Origin: Bryobacterales bacterium
GTDB taxonomy: Bacteria > Acidobacteriota > Terriglobia > Bryobacterales > UBA6623
Direction of reading: 5' to 3'
Assembly: GCA_965204435.1 (NCBI GenBank)
Contig: OZ241997.1
Coordinates: forward strand, 5,817,132-5,881,131
Length of the DNA: 64,000 bases
Made by a program: the position numbers and the translations under genes. Below the pieces are notes generated by a model. It ran no database searches. It was not told where the DNA came from and worked only from the letters and a program-made list of their open reading frames with translations. Below are positions 19,352 through 28,730 of the stretch, piece after piece. Positions within the stretch are counted from its first letter, which is position 1. Every line of letters begins with the position of its first letter.

Positions 19352-19645
19352 CCCCAACGGCCCCGAACCAGCCTATGGCCAAGCTCAGTCTTGGGCTGCG
19401 TGATCGAACTGAGGCAACTCTCCAGATTTCAATCATTTAAGCGATTTCGACAAGCTTCGGCTTGGTTCGCTCTTGGACGGTATCACGGCGTTTTCGTCGG
19501 GTCGCTACTGGCTAGGTTGACACCTTCGGCATACTGCCGACAGCCTCTTTGGGTTCGGTCGACCACCGTGCTGGGCGCGTTTGGAACCCAGGCAACTCAA
19601 ACACGCGCTCGTGTGGTGGTATCAGATGTCAAGAGTCTCTTTGCC

Positions 19646-19879
19646 TCAGGAATCTTCGGCTTGCGAATGCACTCGGTCCAGTTCGTCGAGCACCGCCAAT
19701 CCGTGCTCGACTTTGCCGCGGGCCGCTCGCAACCGGAAACGCATCTCGGTATCGTGCTCGGTCGACGCACGGACGGAGAGTTCCCCCATCAGTTCGCTTA
19801 CGCTCACACCGCGTTGAGCGGCCATCGCCGCCAAGCGATCTCGATGGGCATCGGGTACCCGGATCGTCAATGTTGCCAT
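19646..19879 (-). CDS. hicB: Small RHH antitoxin of the short HicB-family type
   Basis: 77 aa: MATLTIRVPDAHRDRLAAMAAQRGVSVSELMGELS...TEMRFRLRAARG. GAAGGAGGAGG lies 7 nt upstream of the ATG. It sits directly downstream of the hicA pseudogene. Confidence 0.8.
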   Translation of the reverse strand: MATLTIRVPDAHRDRLAAMAAQRGVSVSELMGELSVRASTEHDTEMRFRLRAARGKVEHGLAVLDELDRVHSQAEDS

Positions 19880-19944
19880 GTCAGTCCTCCTCCTTCAGCC
19901 AGTTGCCAAGCGAACCGATCCATTTGCAAGCCGGTTGCTCGATG

Positions 19945-20136
19945 CTACGATCCGATCGGTGGTACCGACAGCCGACGGCAGATCTTGCGGACCAGTGGGC
20001 TTGGGATCTCTGTATGGCGAGGTACAGCTTCAATTACCCCTGTTCCTGGATTCGACCAAAGCGAGTGAGATGCACCTTCGCGCTTGAGATAGCAGCCATG
20101 TTTGCGCAGGTGTCACAGCAGGCCGACGCGCTTCAT
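19945..20136 (-). pseudogene. hicA: hicA toxin with an opal stop at codon 8
   Basis: My own minus-strand translation is MKRVGLL*HLRKHGCYLKREGASHSLWSNPGTGVIEAVPRHTEIPSPLVRKICRRLSVPPIGS*. This is clear HicA-family sequence. The TGA is at 20115-20113, and I see no in-frame start after it. The gene is absent from the ORF track. Confidence 0.8.
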
Positions 20137-20348
20137 TGCACGACGATCGTGTCACGCTCGGCGTCGGCCGGTAATCCGCGAAGGCCTTCTTCGCGTCGGT
20201 CCTCAAGAACCAACGCGATGGCTTGCGCAAGACTCTCTCTCGCTTCGTCCTTCGTCCGTCCCTGCCCGTTAGCGCCTGGGATTTCGGGGCAGTACGCGAT
20301 GATCCATTGCTCGTCACGCTCGAAGATTGCTGTGAATTCGTTTTGCAT
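20133..20348 (-). CDS. hicB: Short HicB-family antitoxin (UPF0150 fold only)
   Basis: 71 aa from the internal ATG at 20348: MQNEFTAIFERDEQWIIAYCPEIPGANGQGRTKDEARESLAQAIALVLEDRREEG. Its stop overlaps the hicA start (ATGA at 20136-20133). Confidence 0.85.
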   Translation of the reverse strand: MQNEFTAIFERDEQWIIAYCPEIPGANGQGRTKDEARESLAQAIALVLEDRREEGLRGLPADAERDTIVVQ

Positions 20349-20558
20349 CGCCGGAAATCGGCATTCTACCAGCGAATCTCGCCTCGAAGTTCCAATCGGC
20401 CATAGCGGGGTTCTGTCAATAGATGGGCGACTAGTTCGAGAGTAGTCGCAACTGGAACGGCGTTGAGAGACGGAGGGCGAACAGCGAGGCTGATTCCGGA
20501 GGCGTCGCGTCGTCTGTTCCACCTGCCGGCAGTCGCCACCGATCAATGCCGCCGGCAA
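20349..20558 (-). pseudogene. Possible degenerate hicA, in frame with and directly upstream of the UPF0150 hicB
   Basis: The 70 codons upstream keep a HicA skeleton (RQV..RRL...VSQRRSSCDYSRTSRPSID..LWPIGTSRRDSLVECRF, compared with R.V..LL...V..RGSHRQFKHP..KPSDDLAPGTLNSILKQAGL). The GSH motif is lost and no stop precedes the hicB ATG. Confidence 0.35.
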
Positions 20559-20730
20559 GGCGCGTCGACGAGCGTCGGGCGGCGACAGCCGAATCGAGCG
20601 ATGGATTCAGACATTCCAGCGCCGCCACCCCGACGCCATGAAGTGGGCCGATACGTGCTAAATTCTGGGTGGCCCCGGGGCTTGCGGGGCGACTTGAAGA
20701 CCGGCCAGCGCGCTCTGCGCCAACACAACC

Positions 20731-22323
20731 ATGAAGACTTCCCTTACTCACACGCTCGTCACAGTCACGCTCGCTGCCTTCGTCGCCTCCTGCACGTCGG
20801 ATGTGACACCCGCAACCAAGGAGATCGCACTCGCTGAGCTGCGTGACAAGATTGCCGGCGGCTGGGCCGGTCAGATGGTCGGCGTGACCTTCGGCGCACC
20901 TACGGAGTTTCGCTACCTAGAGGAGATCATCGCCGAGGAAGACCTGCCGCAATGGGATCCGGACATGGTGGAGAACGCGCTTCGCCAAGACGATCTCTAC
21001 GTTGACATGACGTTTGCGCAGGTGCTGGACGACAAGGGGCTGGACGCGACCACAGAAGACTTCGGTGCCATGTTCCGGGATGCGAAATACCGTCTCTGGC
21101 ATGCCAACTTGGCTGCCCGCAGGGCGCTCAAGCGCGGCGTGCCGGCCACGCTCAGCGGCACGCCGAAATACAACGCGCACGCGAATGACATCGACTTCCA
21201 GATCGAGGCTGATTTTGTGGGGTTGATGTGCCCCGGCCTGCCCCAAGCGTCCAACGACCTTTGTGATCGGGCCGGTCGCGTCATGAATTACGGGGACGGG
21301 ATCTACGGCGGCATGTTCGTCAGTTGCATGTACGCGGCGGCCTTCTTCGAAAGTGACCCAGAACGATTGGTCGAGGCCGGGCTGGCCTGCCTTCCGCCCG
21401 AAAGCCCGTACGCAATGACGATCGCGGATGTGCTCGCCTGGTCGAACGAGCATCCCGACGACTGGATCGAGGTTTGGGGTCTGATCGAGGACAAGTGGAA
21501 CGACCGCGAGCCCTGTCCAATCGGTGCCACCCAGCCTTTCAACATCGACGCCAAGATCAACGGGGCCTACGTGGCGCTGGGCATGCTGTATGGCGAGGGC
21601 GATTTCGGCAAGACAATGACCATCTCGACCCGTTGCGGGCAGGATTCTGACTGCAACCCGGCCAGCGCCCTCGGCATTCTTGGCGTGGTCTTGGGCTACG
21701 AGGCTATTCCGGACGCGTACAAGAGCGGCATCGAGAATATGGCCGATGAAAAGTTCAGCTATACCAACTATTCGTTCCGCACGATCGTGGATAGCACCTA
21801 CGACCGCGCCATCTCCATGGCAGAGCGCCACGGAGGGCGCGTCGACGGCGACCGGCTGGTGATCGCTGTCCAAGACGCCATCCCAGCCGCGCTTGACATC
21901 TGGGACGACTATGGGTCGCCGGTCGAACGCATCGCGGTTACCGATTCACGTTGGTCTTGGAAGGGAGAGTGGATCGAGTCCACGACGAGAAGGCGCTCGG
22001 CGTACACCGTCAAGACCAGTTCGCAAGAAGGGTCCGAAGCGCTGATCGAGTTTGAGGGCACTGGCGCGATCATCACGGCATCCTTCGTGCCCACTGGCGG
22101 CCAAGCCGATGTCTACCTCGATGGCGAATTCTCTCGTACCGTCGATGCTTATCCGGATGAGGACTCGTTCAAGCGCTCTGACGCGCTGTGGCACGACTAC
22201 TACCTTGAGGACGGCAAGCACACGTTGCGAGTCGTCGTGCGGGGCGAGCCCTACCACGGCTCAGCGGGCTCCGAGATCCAACTGCTTGATTTAGTGGTGT
22301 TCCGCGGAGCTCGGCAGCTTTAG
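20731..22323 (+). CDS. ADP-ribosylglycohydrolase-family lipoprotein
   Basis: 530 aa. Lipobox LAAFVASCTS. Contains GGWAGQMVGVTFGAPTEF, GDGIYGGMF and RCGQDSDCNPASALGILG motifs. Confidence 0.8.
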   Translation: MKTSLTHTLVTVTLAAFVASCTSDVTPATKEIALAELRDKIAGGWAGQMVGVTFGAPTEFRYLEEIIAEEDLPQWDPDMVENALRQDDLYVDMTFAQVLDDKGLDATTEDFGAMFRDAKYRLWHANLAARRALKRGVPATLSGTPKYNAHANDIDFQIEADFVGLMCPGLPQASNDLCDRAGRVMNYGDGIYGGMFVSCMYAAAFFESDPERLVEAGLACLPPESPYAMTIADVLAWSNEHPDDWIEVWGLIEDKWNDREPCPIGATQPFNIDAKINGAYVALGMLYGEGDFGKTMTISTRCGQDSDCNPASALGILGVVLGYEAIPDAYKSGIENMADEKFSYTNYSFRTIVDSTYDRAISMAERHGGRVDGDRLVIAVQDAIPAALDIWDDYGSPVERIAVTDSRWSWKGEWIESTTRRRSAYTVKTSSQEGSEALIEFEGTGAIITASFVPTGGQADVYLDGEFSRTVDAYPDEDSFKRSDALWHDYYLEDGKHTLRVVVRGEPYHGSAGSEIQLLDLVVFRGARQL

Positions 22324-22767
22324 CCTGGAGCGGCGACATTCAGGCCTAGCGGTACTGCCTCGGTGAGTGCCTCGCGGGAAGTCTCATCTGCGGTTGCTCC
22401 GCTTCGGAAGCGTGGTCTTGCCGGCCTGGCGGGGGCTCCAAAGGAAGAAGGTCTCGGTCCCAGCAGCGGGCAGATTCAAGGGACGGTTGAACCTCAAGTC
22501 CAAAATTTCATGAAATAATGCATTGCAACTCCCAAATTCCTCGCTTTCGGAGCGGCCAATGGCCGCGCAAATCGCCGAATTCTCGTAAACCTACCTAGCA
22601 TCAGGCATGCCGCTATTCGGCCGATACAGCACTGGCTAGTGGCACTGCCCTCAGCTCAGCCGTCGCTTCGCGTCAGGCGGGATGGTGCGCTCGTATAGGC
22701 ATGGCCCTGCAGGCCGACAGCCATGGTGGTGAGCTCTCGAACGATCCCATCGGCTACAATCGCCGCG

Positions 22768-25023
22768 ATGCCGCCGATCGATCGCAGAAGGTTTCTCCAG
22801 CAAACCGCGGCCGGGGTCGCGGCCGCGAACGCCGGCTGGGCGAGTTCGGCAGCGAGTGGGATTCCACCCCATGCGGAAATCTCCGTGCCCGGGGTGCATG
22901 CCTATGCACAGCGCAGTCTGGACGCGGGAGCGAGTGTCGACTTGCGGGTCAGCAGCGACACGCCCTATGAATTGACGGTCGGCCGGGCCGGCGCCGAGGA
23001 GACCATCGCCAGGCTGCGGGAGCCGCGTCCGTCAATGCAACCGATTCACGTGGGTTCGTACGCTCACGTGGAGGGTGGCTTGGCTGGAAGGACATTTGAT
23101 GCGCTGACGATCGAGGTCTGGATCCGCAGCTGGTCGGCCGAACGCAGGCAGGGTATCGTCACTGCCTGTGATGGCGACCGGGGCATTGGATTGTTCGTGT
23201 CCGCGGGGGCGTGGGTCGAGTTTCTGCTCGGGGATCGGAACATCGCGCACGTGCCTCTGCATCGACGCCGCTGGCGCCACGTCGTGTTGGCTTGGGATGG
23301 AGCGTTGACGAGCCTGTACGTCGATGGCCTGTTCCAAGGCAGCTGGAAGCAGCCTGAGGCCATTGTGGCCGTGGAAGCGCCACTGCGTCTTGGAGCGTCC
23401 GGAGATAGCGGCCGGGCGGCCGAGTTCCTTGATGGCGACATCGCGATGCCGGCGATTTACAGCAGGGCGCTGTCGTCTCGGGAAGCAATGGAGCGTTTCA
23501 GATCCGGCGGGCTCGAGCCCCCCGCCAGGGATGTGCTGGCCTGCTGGCCTCTTGATGAAGAGCGCGGCGACAGGATTCGCGATATCGGCGGCGACGGTCT
23601 CCATGGAGTGATCATCAATCGCGCCACTTGGATGATCGGAGGGCCGTCGTTCGATGCTGGCTCGGTGCCGCGCTACGGCGACTACCGCCCAGCGAGCGAT
23701 CCGAAGCGCGGGCACGGACTCCGATTCGCCTCGGACGATCTCTATGACTGCCGCTGGGAGCCGAGCCACAGCGTCAATATCCCCGCAAGCGCCAAGCCGG
23801 GAGTTTATGTCGGCCGGTTCGCCTTCCGCCGCGAGGGCAAGCCGCTCCGCTACGATGTCGCGTTCTTGGTGCGCCGCTCACCCGCTCGTCCCAAGGCACC
23901 GATCCTTGTGATTTGCTCGACCAATACTTGGCAGGCCTACAGCGCGACGCCGTTCGCGGTGAACTCCTTGGAGCCGTTCTGGGAGACGACCGGCCAGGAT
24001 AACGCCCACCCGGGCGCGCCGGCCTATTGCTGCTACCGCAATCACGCGCAGGGGCAGCCGACGTACGCCGTCGGGATGAGACTGCCGTGGCCGGTAGCGG
24101 GGCCGGAGGTGATCTTCAGCCAGCGGGATCTCAACTACAGCCACCTCATGCGCGGCGAGCTCTTCGCCCATCGCTGGCTGGAGCAGAACGGCTATGAGTT
24201 TGACGTGGCCAGCGATCACGATCTGCATCTCGACCCCGATCAACTCCGGGGCTACAGGGTCGTAGTGATCAACGGTCACAGCGAGTACTGGTCCGAGGAG
24301 TCCTATCGGGCTGTGGACCACTTCCTACATTCGGGCGGCGCAGCGATTGTCATGAGCGGCAACACGATGTTCTGGAGGGTGTCCTACGATGCGGACGGCT
24401 CTGCGATGGAGTGCCGCAAGCACGGCATCGACATCGGGGGCAGGGAGGGTGCCGACATCGGAGAGATCTTCCACAGCCACGACGGCCGCCGCGGCAGCTT
24501 GATGCGATTCTGCGGCTTGCCCGCTTGGAAGGTGCTGGGCTTGGAGTGTATTGGCTGGTGGCCGATTACCGAGGCTCACTTCGGGGCCTACCAAGTGGTC
24601 CGTCCCGACCACTTCCTCTTCCACGAACCGGAGCCGGTCGGGCTGCAGGCGGGAGAGATGTTCGGGCAGGCCCCGGACGGGAAGCCGCCCCGCGTAGGCG
24701 GTCACGAGTCCGACGTGCGACCAAGCCTGATCCAGGCAATCACTCGACAGAACCCAGCCGGCGCGTCGGTGCCCGACGATCCGGAGGGCATCGTGCCCTT
24801 GGCGCAGATCGTGGATCGCGAGCGCAGGGGAATCGACTACTTCGGGCGCTGGGAACCGCTCGAGCACGGCGTGTACGCCGAAATGACATATTGGGAGCGG
24901 CCACAGGGCGGAAAAGTGTTTCACACCGGCTGCATCGCCGGGGGCTGGGCGCTGTCAGCCGATTCCAAGATGCAGGCGCTGATGAGAAACGCACTGCACC
25001 ACTTCGGAGTGAAGCGCGCCTAG
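22768..25023 (+). CDS. TAT-exported LamG-domain protein with N,N-dimethylformamidase-large-subunit-like C-terminal region
   Basis: MPPIDRRRFLQQTAAGVAAANAG signal from ATG 22768 (the track starts at 22723). LamG-like LTIEVWIRSW...LYVDG. C-terminal VVINGHSEYWSEESYRAVDHFLHSGGAAIVMSGNTMFWRV. Confidence 0.7.
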   Translation: MPPIDRRRFLQQTAAGVAAANAGWASSAASGIPPHAEISVPGVHAYAQRSLDAGASVDLRVSSDTPYELTVGRAGAEETIARLREPRPSMQPIHVGSYAHVEGGLAGRTFDALTIEVWIRSWSAERRQGIVTACDGDRGIGLFVSAGAWVEFLLGDRNIAHVPLHRRRWRHVVLAWDGALTSLYVDGLFQGSWKQPEAIVAVEAPLRLGASGDSGRAAEFLDGDIAMPAIYSRALSSREAMERFRSGGLEPPARDVLACWPLDEERGDRIRDIGGDGLHGVIINRATWMIGGPSFDAGSVPRYGDYRPASDPKRGHGLRFASDDLYDCRWEPSHSVNIPASAKPGVYVGRFAFRREGKPLRYDVAFLVRRSPARPKAPILVICSTNTWQAYSATPFAVNSLEPFWETTGQDNAHPGAPAYCCYRNHAQGQPTYAVGMRLPWPVAGPEVIFSQRDLNYSHLMRGELFAHRWLEQNGYEFDVASDHDLHLDPDQLRGYRVVVINGHSEYWSEESYRAVDHFLHSGGAAIVMSGNTMFWRVSYDADGSAMECRKHGIDIGGREGADIGEIFHSHDGRRGSLMRFCGLPAWKVLGLECIGWWPITEAHFGAYQVVRPDHFLFHEPEPVGLQAGEMFGQAPDGKPPRVGGHESDVRPSLIQAITRQNPAGASVPDDPEGIVPLAQIVDRERRGIDYFGRWEPLEHGVYAEMTYWERPQGGKVFHTGCIAGGWALSADSKMQALMRNALHHFGVKRA

Positions 25024-25126
25024 CAAGATGCTTGGCCTGAGACCGCGCTCACTGCTTGCGCCTCAACCTCGACGCATTGGCGGCACAGATCGAGGCGCTG
25101 CCCTACCTCTAGCCATGACCGCCAGC

Positions 25127-25441
25127 CTACGCAGCCGCAGCCAGCCGCTTGCGGGCTTGCGCCAGATCGTAGCGCGCTTGACGCCATAGCCACGATTCCG
25201 CGCTGCCCCATCCCACGGACTCCAATCGGACGGCCATGTCCGGCGAGATCGCGCAATGACCGTGGATCACGCGGGACAGTGTCTTGCGATCCACGCCGAG
25301 CCGCTCAGCAGCCGTGCTCACGCTCGCCGCTCCGCCATGCGGCGCCGCTTCCGGTCCGATGCAGGCGTCCGCGATGGCCGCACCCGGATGCTGCGGATTC
25401 AGCCGCTGCCACGCATCCTCTCGCGCTTCGATCTCTCCCAT
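25127..25441 (-). CDS. higA: HigA-family HTH antitoxin
   Basis: 104 aa: HPGAAIADA...AAERLGVDRKTLSRVIHGHCAISPDMAVRLESVGWGSAESWLWRQARYDLAQAR. Confidence 0.85.
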   Translation of the reverse strand: MGEIEAREDAWQRLNPQHPGAAIADACIGPEAAPHGGAASVSTAAERLGVDRKTLSRVIHGHCAISPDMAVRLESVGWGSAESWLWRQARYDLAQARKRLAAAA

Positions 25442-25453
25442 GAGGCCCTCCTG

Positions 25454-25580
25454 TCGGTGGCGGTAGTCTGACTTCAGCTCACGGCGGGCTCTCGCAGGTG
25501 GCGAGCCACATCCCGCCAGAGACTCATGTTGGCAGGTGCGGGCTGCTGTTTGCGAGCCCGGGGAAAGGCTGGCCCGGGCT
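25454..25580 (-). pseudogene. higB: higB toxin remnant (frameshifted, stop lost, N-terminus missing)
   Basis: Minus-strand frames give VSGGMWLATCE (compare VSGNWRITFE) and then, after a 1-nt shift, ...SDYRH (compare EDYH*). These are followed by CGA where TGA is expected, then AGGAGG and the higA ATG. Only ~230 nt separate higA from the next gene. Confidence 0.45.
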
Positions 25581-25673
25581 CGCGTGCACGCTCGCCCCGG
25601 AAAGGCGGGCCGGTGATACAGTGGATTGCGACGGATGCGGGAGCGGCGAACACATGGTCAGCCAGGCCACCGC

Positions 25674-28600
25674 ATGCCGGTCTTGGTGTTGGCGATCGTC
25701 GGTGCCGTCTGGCCGGCTACGGCCGAGGTCGACTTCGGCGAGCAGGTCTTCCCGATTCTGCAACGGTCTTGCCTCGGCTGCCACGGGCCGGACCAGCAAC
25801 TTCGCGGTTTACGGCTCGATGCGAGAGCGTCCGTTGTGGGCGCCTCCGCGCCGCGCTCCATAGTGGTGCCAGGAAGCGCCCAAGACAGCGAGCTGTACCG
25901 GCGAATTGCCGGTCTCAGTGATGGCCCGCGCATGCCGATGGGCGGCACCCTCTCTGCCGTTGAGATCGACACGATTCGCCAGTGGATCGAGGCCGGAGCG
26001 GACTGGCCGGAGGGCGCTGGGGCGGAGGAAGTCAGACAGCACTGGGCGTTCGTAGCTCCCGAGCGCCCGCTGCCGCCGGGCGATCGGTCTCTCCACCCGA
26101 TTGACGCGTTCGTTCGAGCTGGGCTCGCTGACGCTGGCTTGGAACCTATGCCGCGAGCGAGCGACGCTGCCCTCCTTCGGCGCGTTAGTTTGGACCTGAC
26201 AGGCCTGCCCCCGGCTGTGGAGGAGTTGGAAGAGTTCCAAGAGGAACCGGACTTCGGGGCACTGGTCGGGCGCTTGTTGGCCTCCCCTCACTACGGGGAA
26301 CGCTGGGGCCGCCTCTGGTTGGATGCCGCCCGGTACGCCGATTCCGATGGCTACGAAAAGGACATGCCGCGCCAGGTGTGGTTCTACCGCGATTGGGTCG
26401 TGGACGCGCTGAACCGGGATCTTCCGTATGACCGCTTCGTGGTCGAGCAGATTGCTGGCGACTTGCTCCCGGGAGGGACCCAGCAGCAGCTTATTGCAAC
26501 CGGCTACCTGCGCAACTCCATGGTCAACGAGGAGGGCGGGACAGACCCCGAACAGTTCCGCATGGAGGCGCTATTCGACCGCATGGATGCCATCGGCAAG
26601 GGCATTTTGGGCCTCACCATCCAATGTGCGCAGTGCCATTCGCATAAATACGACCCTCTCACGCACGACGAGTACTACCGCCTGTTTGCGTTCCTCAACA
26701 ATGCCGACGAGGCCAAGGTGGCGGTCTACACTGCCGAGGATGCTCAAGTTCGCGAGGCGGTGATCGACGAGATCCGTGCCATCGAAGACGAACTGATGGC
26801 ATCCAATCCCGACTGGCAGTCACGCATGGCCTCGTGGGAGCGGGAAGTGCGCGGCAACCAGCCGCAGTGGAAAGTGCTGCATCCCGAGGTGGTCGACCTT
26901 TCCACGGGGGGCCAGCGCTACCTGCTGCAGAGCGATGGCTCGCTGCTGGCACAGGGTTACGCACCGACCGAGCATGTGGCCGAGTTCGCCGCGCAAACGA
27001 GCCTGCCAGACATCACAGCCGTCCGGCTCGAGGTACTGACCGACCCCAATCTCCCGCTCGGCGGGCCAGGACGGTCTGTGTACGGCACCGGCGCCCTAAG
27101 CGAGTTCCGGTTGCGGGCCGCGCCCGCGGACGACCCGACCTCGCAGCAAGACGTCTGGATCCGGACCTCCAGCGCGGACATCGACTTGCCCGAGCGCAGC
27201 TTGGACCCGAAAGTCTTCCCTCACAAGGAGGGCTCGGAACGCTTCACCGGACCGATCCACTTCGCCTACGACGACTGCGTCGACACGGCTTGGGAACTCT
27301 TTGCCGGGCATGGCCGCAGCAACCAGCCGCGCAAGGCTGTCTTTGTCTTTGACCGGCCGATCAGGCACAGTTCCGGCACGCTGCTGACGTTCTTTCTGGA
27401 TCAGAGCCACGGAGGGTACGACAGCAACGTTGGCCAAAACAACAATCTCGGCCGGATCCGCCTCTCGGTGACCAACGCCGACGATCCGGTGGCGGATCCG
27501 CTGCCCGCACGAGTCCGCGCCATCGTGGAGCAGGGTCGCGATGGCCGCACGCCCCAAGAGGACAGGGAGGTGTTCAGCTTCTGGCGGACCACAGTTCCGG
27601 CTTGGGCCGGTGCGAACGAGCGCATCGAGCAGGCTTGGGGGCGCTACCCGCAAGGCAACACGCAACTAGTCCTTCAGCGGCGTTCGGAACCGCGCCAGAC
27701 CCACCTGCTGCAGCGCGGAGATTTCCTAGAGCCAGCGCATGAGGTCAAGCCGGGCGTGCCCGAGTTCCTCCATGCCTTGGGCGCAAGCGGCCGCCCTCCC
27801 CGCCTAGCGTTCGCCGAGTGGCTCGTCGACCGCGGCGCTCCCACAACAGCCAGAGTCATCGTGAACCGTATTTGGCAGGCGTACTTCGGCACTGGCTTGG
27901 TCGCAACCGCCGAGGATTTCGGGATGCAAGGGGATTTGCCGTCGCATCCAGAGCTGCTCGACTGGCTGGCGGTGGAGCTGATGGACAGCGGTTGGAGCTT
28001 GAAACACATCCACCGCTTGATCGTGACCTCCGGGACGTATCAGCAGGCGTCGCGCCTGACTGATCAGGCCAGCGCCGTCGATCCGGACAACCGCTTGCTT
28101 TCGCGCGGCCCGCGAGTGCGGGCCGACGCGGAGATCGTTCGGGACATCGCGCTAGCCGCGAGCGGCCTGCTGAGCCATCAGGTCGGCGGCCCACCGGTGC
28201 ACCCGCCTGCCCCGGAGTTGCTGTTCAAGCCACCCATCAGCTTCTCCGAAAAACCGTGGCCCGCCGCGGCGGGAGAGGACCGCTACCGGCGGGCGCTCTA
28301 TACGTTCCAGTACATTTCGGCACCATATCCGGCCTTCGAAGTCTTCGACGCGCCCAACGGGTCCACCGCCTGTGTGAGGCGCGGCCGCTCGAACACCCCG
28401 TTGCAGGCGCTCACTACCCTGAACGAGGAGCTTTTCATGGCAGCCGCGCGCGCACTGGCGAGGCGAACCGTCGCGGCGGCAACGGACGAGCGGGAGCGAC
28501 TCGACCACGCCTTCCGTTCGTGCTTGTCTAGGGAGGTCCGATCCGATGAAGCAGAGCTCCTGCTGGAGTTGCTGCGAAAGACGCGGGAGCAGCTCGCTGC

Positions 28601-28730
28601 CGGCCTCCTGGATGCGCGCGAACTGACCGCCGCCGATTCCGACGAGGGTCCCAGCCCGGATGATGAGGCAGCGTGGACGGTGTTGGCGAGGGCGCTGCTC
28701 AATCTCGACGAGACCATTACGAAGCAATGA
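25674..28730 (+). CDS. PSCyt/DUF1549/DUF1553 protein
   Basis: Start set at ATG 25674 (MPVLVLAIVGAVWPATA). Contains CLGCHG, a CAQCHSHKYDP motif and a DUF1553-like C-terminus. Confidence 0.85.
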   Translation: MPVLVLAIVGAVWPATAEVDFGEQVFPILQRSCLGCHGPDQQLRGLRLDARASVVGASAPRSIVVPGSAQDSELYRRIAGLSDGPRMPMGGTLSAVEIDTIRQWIEAGADWPEGAGAEEVRQHWAFVAPERPLPPGDRSLHPIDAFVRAGLADAGLEPMPRASDAALLRRVSLDLTGLPPAVEELEEFQEEPDFGALVGRLLASPHYGERWGRLWLDAARYADSDGYEKDMPRQVWFYRDWVVDALNRDLPYDRFVVEQIAGDLLPGGTQQQLIATGYLRNSMVNEEGGTDPEQFRMEALFDRMDAIGKGILGLTIQCAQCHSHKYDPLTHDEYYRLFAFLNNADEAKVAVYTAEDAQVREAVIDEIRAIEDELMASNPDWQSRMASWEREVRGNQPQWKVLHPEVVDLSTGGQRYLLQSDGSLLAQGYAPTEHVAEFAAQTSLPDITAVRLEVLTDPNLPLGGPGRSVYGTGALSEFRLRAAPADDPTSQQDVWIRTSSADIDLPERSLDPKVFPHKEGSERFTGPIHFAYDDCVDTAWELFAGHGRSNQPRKAVFVFDRPIRHSSGTLLTFFLDQSHGGYDSNVGQNNNLGRIRLSVTNADDPVADPLPARVRAIVEQGRDGRTPQEDREVFSFWRTTVPAWAGANERIEQAWGRYPQGNTQLVLQRRSEPRQTHLLQRGDFLEPAHEVKPGVPEFLHALGASGRPPRLAFAEWLVDRGAPTTARVIVNRIWQAYFGTGLVATAEDFGMQGDLPSHPELLDWLAVELMDSGWSLKHIHRLIVTSGTYQQASRLTDQASAVDPDNRLLSRGPRVRADAEIVRDIALAASGLLSHQVGGPPVHPPAPELLFKPPISFSEKPWPAAAGEDRYRRALYTFQYISAPYPAFEVFDAPNGSTACVRRGRSNTPLQALTTLNEELFMAAARALARRTVAAATDERERLDHAFRSCLSREVRSDEAELLLELLRKTREQLAAGLLDARELTAADSDEGPSPDDEAAWTVLARALLNLDETITKQ

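Noticed and set aside
20575-20730. Possible third case of a duplicated gene end: weak similarity between the sulfatase 3' end (19300-19400) and the right edge of the hic locus
   Set aside because: By-eye identity is only about 60% and needs a 9-nt gap. That is too close to chance expectation for GC-rich DNA. It is worth a proper alignment but is not supported here.
17435-22722. tRNA genes or tRNA-like att sites in the larger intergenic gaps (17435-17884, 19352-19645, 22324-22722)
   Set aside because: I found no cloverleaf or GTTCGAATC-type T-loop with complementary arms. The closest, TTGATTCGGAG at ~17845, lacks a pairing stem.
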